From a virus, in the IMG/VR virus record IMGVR_UViG_3300045988_168437: a DNA stretch of 64,000 nt, one strand, 5' to 3'. The translations under genes were made by a program, and so were the position numbers. This document shows, piece after piece, positions 1 to 5,770 of the stretch. The first letter of the stretch is position 1. Every line of letters starts with the position of its first letter. Under the pieces are notes generated by a model. It worked only from the letters and a program-made list of their open reading frames with translations. It was not told where the DNA came from and ran no database searches.

Positions 1-2
1 AG

Positions 3-194
3 TTTATAAGCAGAGTACCATCTGGAATATATGGTGGTAAAAATGAAGACGGAGAAGAAGTTATAACAGTTGTATCTCAAGGATTTGGGATGACAATAAA
101 GACTAAACATCATGAGAAACCAAACTGGTGGGAATGTGTTGATTATGATGAACTTGGCTGCATGGAATGTGTAACATATGAAAGAGCAGATTAA
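3..194 (+). CDS. hypothetical protein, 3' fragment (gene starts upstream of window)
   Basis: Frame open from window edge to TAA 192-194; ends ...KPNWWECVDYDELGCMECVTYERAD*; co-oriented with downstream operon. Confidence 0.5.
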   Translation, partial: FISRVPSGIYGGKNEDGEEVITVVSQGFGMTIKTKHHEKPNWWECVDYDELGCMECVTYERAD

Positions 195-197
195 TTA

Positions 198-290
198 GAA
201 GGATAAATTCGAAACAGGTAGAATGAGGCAACTCATTTTACTTGTCTATAAGGTTAAGCTACTTATACTGACGAGATAGCTTAATCCTTC
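198..290 (+). ncRNA. type II hammerhead self-cleaving ribozyme (HH-1)
   Basis: Core CUGACGA 268-274 and GAAA 211-214; stem III 214-227/232-245 capped by GCAA tetraloop; GUC triplet 244-246 (predicted cleavage after C246); stem I 247-252/262-267; open stem II G275-C210, A276-U209, then 198-204/284-290; loop I 255-261 complementary to 277-283 (pseudoknot). Confidence 0.85.
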
Positions 291-312
291 AAAATGAAAG
301 GGGATAAAAAAG

Positions 313-840
313 ATGATGAAAAGAGAAAATGTTGTGAAATTTTTAGATTTATTACGTTCTGATGAAGTTAATGACGAAATAAAAGATTTATATATTGAAC
401 TATTAGAAGGACATATTCAAGATGCTCCAGGAACTCAAATTGAAATTATATTAGACTTAGACGGAGAAATTGATGAAAGATACTTTGTAGGAAATTCAAC
501 TAGAATGGATGTATATGAAGGCGATGCAATAGTTGTAGCAAGTATCAGATATGATGCAAACGTTACTTATGAAGACATGGGAGAATTATCAGATGCTTTA
601 GATGAATCTGAATATGAAAAATTCGTAGAATGGATATTTGCATACGAAGATATATCAGAAGATGATGAAAAAGAATATTTCGAAGAAAACTTTACATGGG
701 AAAATTTTTCAGAATTTAATCCTGATAGATTTAAAGAGCTAGAAGAAGAATCTTGGCAAGCAAATGTTGATTATTACGGATATGAAGAAATTGGGCAAAA
801 ATTATCTGAATGTATACAACAATTAGAAACTTTATTATAG
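313..840 (+). CDS. hypothetical acidic protein
   Basis: 175-aa ORF with SD-like aaagggga upstream; strongly D/E-rich; no family recognised. Confidence 0.6.
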   Translation: MMKRENVVKFLDLLRSDEVNDEIKDLYIELLEGHIQDAPGTQIEIILDLDGEIDERYFVGNSTRMDVYEGDAIVVASIRYDANVTYEDMGELSDALDESEYEKFVEWIFAYEDISEDDEKEYFEENFTWENFSEFNPDRFKELEEESWQANVDYYGYEEIGQKLSECIQQLETLL

Positions 841-856
841 GGGCAGCAATTGCTCC

Positions 857-913
857 TACTTTAAACCTACCAATGATGGTCCAAAGTCCATATGGAAAAA
901 GGTGATGGGAGTA
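857..913 (+). ncRNA. twister self-cleaving ribozyme (Tw-1, P1 type, no P3)
   Basis: P1 857-861/909-913; predicted cleavage U862/A863; P2 865-868/900-903; ACCAAUG linker; P4 876-879/888-891 with loop UCCAAAGU; 3' internal loop GAUGG 904-908. Nearly collinear with the rice Osa-1-4 twister as I recall it (..UAACACUGCCAAUGCCGGUCCCAAGCCCGGAUAAAAGUGGAGGG..). Confidence 0.8.
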
Positions 914-977
914 AATAAAGGCGAAGCTACTAAAATACTCGTCTATATATAAGAGTAGCAATTAAAAGGGGGTAAAA

Positions 978-1292
978 ATGAAGGTATATTTAGGGAATGC
1001 TTTTAGTTTACAAATGTTAGACACAACAAAGACTACAGATATAAAAGTAACACCAGTTGATGCATCAGTTGTAGCAAGTTCAGATTTTACATCAGTTATA
1101 GGTCATCCAGATACAGCTGCAGTAGTTTCAAACATCTTAGGAAAAGACGTAGCTTGTAATAGAGTTTCTGTTAGTTTAAGTAAAGGTGACATTTTATATG
1201 TAGCACAAGTTGTTGGTGGCAGACTTCCTGCTGGAGCTACCACTCTACCAGACGGATTTAGTTTAGTATTTTTAAAAGTTGTCATTCTATAA
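978..1292 (+). CDS. DUF1874 / STIV B116-like protein
   Basis: YLGNAFSLQML at N-terminus and IGHPDTAAVVSNILG...NRVSVSLSKGDILYV match the B116 pattern (FLTNAFSINML ... IGHDSTINLVNTL ... NRVEVKMNEGD) from memory; SD aaaaggggg. Confidence 0.75.
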   Translation: MKVYLGNAFSLQMLDTTKTTDIKVTPVDASVVASSDFTSVIGHPDTAAVVSNILGKDVACNRVSVSLSKGDILYVAQVVGGRLPAGATTLPDGFSLVFLKVVIL

Positions 1293-1357
1293 AAAGGTAG
1301 AAGGCTTATAGGAGTGTCTCAAACTCCTACATTATGTAAATGAAGGGAGAATTAAAA

Positions 1358-1495
1358 ATGAAAGTTAAAAAAGAAATTACAATTGAAGAAGAATTTGAAA
1401 TACATATGAAAAGCATGGAAGGGCATGTTTGCTATGGTTGCTCAGGTTGTAAGTTTGCTTACTATGGAGTTTGCCCATATGTTCAAGAGGGTTAA
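1358..1495 (+). CDS. small Cys-rich protein (45 aa)
   Basis: ATG 1358 preceded by SD gaagggaga; MKVKKEITIEEEFEIHMKSMEGHVCYGCSGCKFAYYGVCPYVQEG*; below ORF-track cutoff. Confidence 0.5.
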   Translation: MKVKKEITIEEEFEIHMKSMEGHVCYGCSGCKFAYYGVCPYVQEG

Positions 1496-1501
1496 TCCCT
1501 C

Positions 1502-1563
1502 TACTTTAAACTCACTTGACTAAGTCAAAAGGTCCAAAGTCCTTGAAAAGAGTGATGGGAGTA
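1502..1563 (+). ncRNA. twister self-cleaving ribozyme (Tw-2, with P3 hairpin)
   Basis: P1 1502-1506/1559-1563; predicted cleavage U1507/A1508; P2 1510-1513/1550-1553 (ACUC/GAGU versus ACCU/AGGU in Tw-1); extra P3 1516-1520/1524-1528; P4 1529-1532/1541-1544 (AAGG/CCUU versus AUGG/CCAU) with identical loop UCCAAAGU; GAUGG 1554-1558. Confidence 0.8.
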
Positions 1564-1583
1564 AATGAAAGGGGTAAAATGAT

Positions 1584-1859
1584 ATGAATAATTCTATTAA
1601 AAGATTAAAAGAAAAATTAATTGGAAAAGAATTCAAAGAAGAAGATTATAATAAAGAGTTAAATAATCTTGTAAAAGAATTTCATTTAGAGGCAAATACT
1701 TGTGATTTTGATTTTGACAGATTATATCACATTGGATATGAAGAAAAAGAAAATTGGGATGATGAATATGTTTGTAGTATACAAGTTAATTATATTCCTG
1801 TATATGATGAAAATGGATATCATGACTTTGATATCATAAAAATATTTGATGTGTTTTAA
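1584..1859 (+). CDS. hypothetical protein
   Basis: 91-aa ORF, SD aaagggg upstream. Confidence 0.6.
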   Translation: MNNSIKRLKEKLIGKEFKEEDYNKELNNLVKEFHLEANTCDFDFDRLYHIGYEEKENWDDEYVCSIQVNYIPVYDENGYHDFDIIKIFDVF

Positions 1860-1889
1860 TATAATTAAATCATATAGGGAGGTATGAAA

Positions 1890-2057
1890 ATGAGAACTTA
1901 CTTAGCAGATTATGAAGACGATAATTTTGAAACAATAATAGCGAATACAGATAATGAAGCTTACTTTGAAGCTCTTGACCATGAAGAAGAACATGGGACT
2001 TTATATAATCTTTTTGAAATTGATGATGACTACAATAAAATAAGAGAAGTTAAATAG
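1890..2057 (+). CDS. hypothetical small acidic protein (55 aa)
   Basis: ATG 1890, SD GGGAGG 1877-1882; MRTYLADYEDDNFETIIANTDNEAYFEALDHEEEHGTLYNLFEIDDDYNKIREVK*; stop TAG 2055-2057. Confidence 0.5.
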   Translation: MRTYLADYEDDNFETIIANTDNEAYFEALDHEEEHGTLYNLFEIDDDYNKIREVK

Positions 2058-2135
2058 AAGGCAAAATTCGAAACCGTGGTGGTCCACGGTCTGTAAGCAA
2101 TAGGCTACTTATACTGACGAGATAGCCTTGCCAAC
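2057..2135 (+). ncRNA. type II hammerhead self-cleaving ribozyme (HH-2)
   Basis: GAAA 2070-2073; stem III 2073-2079/2084-2090; GUC 2089-2091 (cleavage after C2091); stem I 2092-2097/2108-2113; CUGACGA 2114-2120; G2121-C2069; loop I 2102-2107 pairs with 2123-2128 (AGGCUA/UAGCCU versus AAGCUA/UAGCUU in HH-1). Confidence 0.85.
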
Positions 2136-2262
2136 AATAAAAAGGAAGGTAAGATAAAATAGCTATCAAGAACTCGTGAAAACGGGTGTTGAATAAATTA
2201 TCATTTTGGGAGAGGGTTGCCCTCTCCTATCCCCAATATAAATGGGAGAGAGGAGTATAATA

Positions 2263-2613
2263 ATGATAAATACTTATGCTTATGAAATAAAACCACATAT
2301 CTTTGACAGTATTATAGTTACTGTGAAAGATGATGATAATAACTATGTTGAATTATTAGCTATGAAAGATAAGACAATTGGGGATTATAGAACTTTTTTA
2401 CACGGTGAAGTAAATAGCACTATTTTCCAAAAAGATTATCGTAATAGTAAATATTATAAAAAGGTAGGCAGAGGTAGAATAAAGGACGAAAAAAGAACCC
2501 TAGATACAATTAGCAGATTAGTTGGGACAGGAAAACATATTATTCTTTTTCGTTTAGATAACTATATAAAAGATAATAATTTTGAAGGTGACATTAAAAT
2601 ATCATTTAAGTAA
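2263..2613 (+). CDS. hypothetical protein
   Basis: ORF track starts at 2242, but GGGAGAGAGGAG 2244-2255 looks like the SD for ATG 2263 (MINTYAYEIK...). Confidence 0.6.
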   Translation: MINTYAYEIKPHIFDSIIVTVKDDDNNYVELLAMKDKTIGDYRTFLHGEVNSTIFQKDYRNSKYYKKVGRGRIKDEKRTLDTISRLVGTGKHIILFRLDNYIKDNNFEGDIKISFK

Positions 2614-2623
2614 TATATATAAT

Positions 2624-2651
2624 AATCCCCTGATTGGGGGTTATTTTTTTG
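2624..2651 (+). terminator. intrinsic terminator ending the ribozyme operon
   Basis: Stem 2624-2630/2636-2642 (AAUCCCC/GGGGGUU) followed by AUUUUUUUG. Confidence 0.75.
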
Positions 2652-2683
2652 CTTAAAAATAATTTATTTTTTACAGAAATCAC

Positions 2684-2712
2684 TTGCAAGTTTTATATCA
2701 AAATGCTATAAT
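2684..2712 (+). promoter_or_regulatory. sigma70-type promoter
   Basis: TTGCAA 2684-2689, 17-bp spacer, TGcTATAAT with -10 at 2707-2712. Confidence 0.65.
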
Positions 2713-2734
2713 TAAATCAAAGGCGGTGAATAAT

Positions 2735-3025
2735 ATGAAAAATATTTCATTAGTGCAACTTAGAAAAGATTACAATTATCTAAATAGTAAAATTTCTTAT
2801 CATGTGTTAAATGAAGATGAACTATTAAATGAAGTTGTTCCTAAAATGTTGAGCGGGAAAATGGATTTAAAAAACTTTATTCTGTGGGCAATAAAAGATA
2901 CTATAACATATGTAGTAGAAGACAGAGAGGCAATGAATACAAAAGAAGACATTGAATTTATTGAATCAGATAAAAGATTTAAAAGGATTCTTGACAGATA
3001 CGATATTGATATAGAGGAGGTTTAA
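2735..3025 (+). CDS. hypothetical protein (tandem paralog A)
   Basis: ATG 2735 after SD aaaggcggtga; upstream part of the track ORF overlaps the promoter. Similar to the next ORF (LRKDYNYL.. / LRADFEYL.., NFILWAIKD / QFLLWSIWD). Confidence 0.6.
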   Translation: MKNISLVQLRKDYNYLNSKISYHVLNEDELLNEVVPKMLSGKMDLKNFILWAIKDTITYVVEDREAMNTKEDIEFIESDKRFKRILDRYDIDIEEV

Positions 3026-3026
3026 T

Positions 3027-3347
3027 ATGAATATAGAGCAACAATTAAAAGGATTAGAAATAAAACAATCTACAACTACTCTAAGAGCAGATTTTGAATA
3101 TTTAGATGATAATATCAATTGGTATCTAATTGATGAAGCAATATTAGTAACAGAAATTGCTCCAGGATTGCAATATGGAACACTAAATCTAAAACAATTT
3201 TTGCTTTGGAGCATCTGGGACATTATTGCTTTTGTTATTATAGAAAATCATGACGAAGATGATGTCAATTTTGTTAAAACAGACAGTAGGGTTAAAAGAA
3301 TCATAAGAAAATATGGTTTAAAAGAAAGTATAGAAAAATTACTATAG
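3027..3347 (+). CDS. hypothetical protein (tandem paralog B)
   Basis: 106-aa ORF, SD gaggagg; paralog of 2735-3025. Confidence 0.6.
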   Translation: MNIEQQLKGLEIKQSTTTLRADFEYLDDNINWYLIDEAILVTEIAPGLQYGTLNLKQFLLWSIWDIIAFVIIENHDEDDVNFVKTDSRVKRIIRKYGLKESIEKLL

Positions 3348-3352
3348 AAAGG

Positions 3353-4150
3353 ATGACAAAGATGTTAAAAAATAGTTACTGGAATCATACAGGAAAATAT
3401 CAAAATGAAAGTGAAGAATTAGAAAAATTAATACCTCACTGGGGTAGAACTACTAACCCTTATATGAACTTATTCATAGTTGCAAGTCAATTATACTATG
3501 ATGTTTATAACAATGGTGGTTGTAATATCGAGGATTGTTATGTTGATGATATTGAAAAATATATAAAACCTTATGCAAAGGAATTAGAAGGAATTAATTT
3601 TAAATGTTCATTAAGAACAATAGTTAATAATCTTATGAACGAAGAAAAATTAGAAAATTTCTTAAATTCCGTTATGGAATTTATTTCTGACAAAGACTTG
3701 TCTTATCGTAAATATTTAGCTTATTTTGATAGTAACAATCACCTTCTTTCTTATGATAAAAAAGAGGGTTATTATGAAATAAGTTTTGGTGAAAAAGAAG
3801 AATTTGAAAGATGGATAAACAACAGAAAAAATTCTGGGTATAAATTAATAGGAGGTATAGTGATGAAATATAGAGTTTGGTGGATACCGCAAATAGGTTA
3901 TGATGGTACTTTTTATGTACCTGTAAATTCTCCAGAAGAAGGACTAAAAATAATGTCAGTATTAGGTGCATATGATTTATTTCAATTAAAGAATAATATT
4001 AAACCAGACTTTTCAAATACAGGTGGCTTAGAAGTCTTTGAAGACGGAGAATGGGTAGATTACTATGATGAAGACGGCAGAGATATAGATGAACATTTTG
4101 AAGAAGATGTGAATATGCAAGATTTTATAGAAAAAGTTTATAATTTTTAG
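3353..4150 (+). CDS. hypothetical protein, possibly two fused modules
   Basis: 265-aa ORF; strong in-frame internal SD AGGAGG 3850-3855 plus ATG 3863 (MKYRVWWIPQ...). Confidence 0.6.
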   Translation: MTKMLKNSYWNHTGKYQNESEELEKLIPHWGRTTNPYMNLFIVASQLYYDVYNNGGCNIEDCYVDDIEKYIKPYAKELEGINFKCSLRTIVNNLMNEEKLENFLNSVMEFISDKDLSYRKYLAYFDSNNHLLSYDKKEGYYEISFGEKEEFERWINNRKNSGYKLIGGIVMKYRVWWIPQIGYDGTFYVPVNSPEEGLKIMSVLGAYDLFQLKNNIKPDFSNTGGLEVFEDGEWVDYYDEDGRDIDEHFEEDVNMQDFIEKVYNF

Positions 4151-4163
4151 AGGGGGTTTTAAA

Positions 4164-4466
4164 ATGAAGGTTTTAATTAAGAATATAGGAGAAAACACTA
4201 AAATTACAGATATTGAAAATGATTTACAATCATTGCAAAATCTAGTAGGAGGGTATATTGAGGCATTACCATTAACTAAAGATGTATTATTAATATGTAA
4301 TGAAGAAGGAAAGCTAAAAGGACTTCCTGTAAATTTCAACATAGTCATAAATGGAAAGATAGAATCTATCGTAGGGAATGTATTTTTCGTAGGAAAAAAT
4401 GATTCTGATTTCGATAGTCTCACTAATGAACAAATCATTATATTACAAGATTATCTTGATAATTAA
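4164..4466 (+). CDS. DUF3846-like protein
   Basis: MKVLIKNIGENTKITDIENDLQSLQNLVGGYIEALPL...ICNEEGKLKGLPVN fits the DUF3846 pattern seen on phages and conjugative elements (recollection). Confidence 0.6.
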   Translation: MKVLIKNIGENTKITDIENDLQSLQNLVGGYIEALPLTKDVLLICNEEGKLKGLPVNFNIVINGKIESIVGNVFFVGKNDSDFDSLTNEQIIILQDYLDN

Positions 4467-4500
4467 TATTCCAAAATAAAAAATAAAATATATAAGGGAT

Positions 4501-4531
4501 AGAGCAGCTTAATTGCTGCTTTATTTTTTTA
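4501..4531 (+). terminator. intrinsic terminator
   Basis: Stem AGCAGC 4503-4508 / GCUGCU 4515-4520, then UUAUUUUUUU. Confidence 0.7.
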
Positions 4532-4551
4532 TAAAAAATTCCATATAATAG

Positions 4552-4580
4552 TTGACATACTTACATAAAAGTATTAATAT
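4552..4580 (+). promoter_or_regulatory. sigma70-type promoter
   Basis: TTGACA 4552-4557, 17 bp, TAATAT 4575-4580. Confidence 0.6.
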
Positions 4581-4633
4581 ATAAGTATAGTTAGTTTTAC
4601 ACAAAAACAAAATTTCTAAAAGGGGATGAAGAT

Positions 4634-5368
4634 ATGTTTACACTAGGCAACAGTAAAATTAAAACGGCACTAAAGAATATATCACAAAGGAAGTATGATT
4701 GTGATGTGTTTAAAATGGAAGTAAATAGTATATCAGAAATATGTAAAAAAGAATTTCAAGCAGAATATAGTAAGATGGAAAAATTCTCTTTCAACAAAGG
4801 ATATCTTGAATTTACATTTAAAGACCAAGCAGTAATTGGTTATTTTGAAATACAAGGATTTAATATAAGTTTAATTATTGCTCCCACAAATAATGTTTAT
4901 GGCAGTAGTTTTATCTTTAATGTAAATATAAAAGATATGCAAGGAGAAGTTGGATATGTAAAGAATTCTTTATTAATATTAGTGGAAGAAGATGAATCTT
5001 TGCATAAGAAAATTGGTGGAATTGGGAAAGCATTATGCGAAGGAATTTTAGTTGCAAATTATTTAGCTCAAACAAATCCAACAATAATAAAAGACAATGA
5101 AACTAGGATTGTTAAAAAGTCAAATAAAAAGGGAAAACATAAAAATAAAACTATCAGGAAAATAAACCTTACTAATATAAGACATGTAAAAGAATACAGT
5201 AATACTAATATAAATACAGATAAAAGAAATTACGAAAGACATACTGAATCTTGGACTGTAAGAGGGCATTACAGACATTATAAAAGTGGTAAGGTAGTTT
5301 GGATAGAACCATCTACTAGAGGGACTGGAAAACCTCAAGGAAAAGTTTACAATATAAATGTTGAATAA
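4634..5368 (+). CDS. hypothetical protein with basic C-terminal motif (paralog of 57981-58715)
   Basis: 244 aa; C-terminus RHTESWTVRGHYRHYKSGKVVWIEPSTRG matches RRTESWKVKGFWRTYKNGKKVWIKPSVRG in the other copy. Confidence 0.65.
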   Translation: MFTLGNSKIKTALKNISQRKYDCDVFKMEVNSISEICKKEFQAEYSKMEKFSFNKGYLEFTFKDQAVIGYFEIQGFNISLIIAPTNNVYGSSFIFNVNIKDMQGEVGYVKNSLLILVEEDESLHKKIGGIGKALCEGILVANYLAQTNPTIIKDNETRIVKKSNKKGKHKNKTIRKINLTNIRHVKEYSNTNINTDKRNYERHTESWTVRGHYRHYKSGKVVWIEPSTRGTGKPQGKVYNINVE

Positions 5369-5381
5369 GGGGGACTAAAAC

Positions 5382-5756
5382 ATGGTAGAAGTAAATAAAT
5401 TATACAGATGCAGACAAGATATAGTTTTAAATCCAAGTACAGTTGATAAAATCAATATATCATTAGACTTAGATATGGGAAATACAGTTATGGCAACTAT
5501 TGATGATGTTGGGATATATAAACCTATAACAATTTCAGAATTTAATTTAGCAAAAGAAATACTTAAGAAAAAAGCAGAGCAGCTAATTATAGAGAATAAA
5601 GAAGTGGACCATGTAATATACTCTATAGTAGAAACTGACTATGAAGGTTATTGTAATCGAATAATTATATGTCTTATTCCTCTTACTCATGAAGAATATG
5701 TTAGAAGAATGAGACTTTTAAATGACACAACAAAGTGTTTTGTATTAAATAGATAA
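5382..5756 (+). CDS. hypothetical protein
   Basis: 124-aa ORF, SD aaggggga. Confidence 0.6.
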   Translation: MVEVNKLYRCRQDIVLNPSTVDKINISLDLDMGNTVMATIDDVGIYKPITISEFNLAKEILKKKAEQLIIENKEVDHVIYSIVETDYEGYCNRIIICLIPLTHEEYVRRMRLLNDTTKCFVLNR

Positions 5757-5770
5757 TAGGAGGGTTTTAT

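Noticed and set aside
731-961. Minus-strand ORFs overlapping plus-strand genes throughout 1-58 kb (for example 731-961, 1103-1285, 2966-3223, 3681-3971, 4028-4438, 5120-5338, 6884-7111, 12138-12335, 17557-17754, 18734-19042, 21340-21730, 21732-21962, 22230-22427, 25367-25900, 28172-28360, 30954-31172, 31667-32089, 33466-33696, 36606-36854, 38604-38786, 39038-39751, 39918-40106, 40337-40639, 41205-41435, 42360-42572, 44174-44383, 48513-48707, 50405-50602, 51477-51671, 53624-53866, 55336-55536, 56197-56385, 58116-58430)
   Set aside because: Shadow frames of well-supported plus-strand genes in AT-rich DNA. They have no SD, odd low-complexity composition (F/I/L/S/Y-rich), and would break the compact co-directional organisation.
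1293-1357. Pistol ribozyme assignment for the 1309-1329 hairpin
   Set aside because: The loop-to-downstream pseudoknot would be only 4 bp. There is also no P3 hairpin or G-U cleavage dinucleotide after it. The region is kept only as an unassigned structure.
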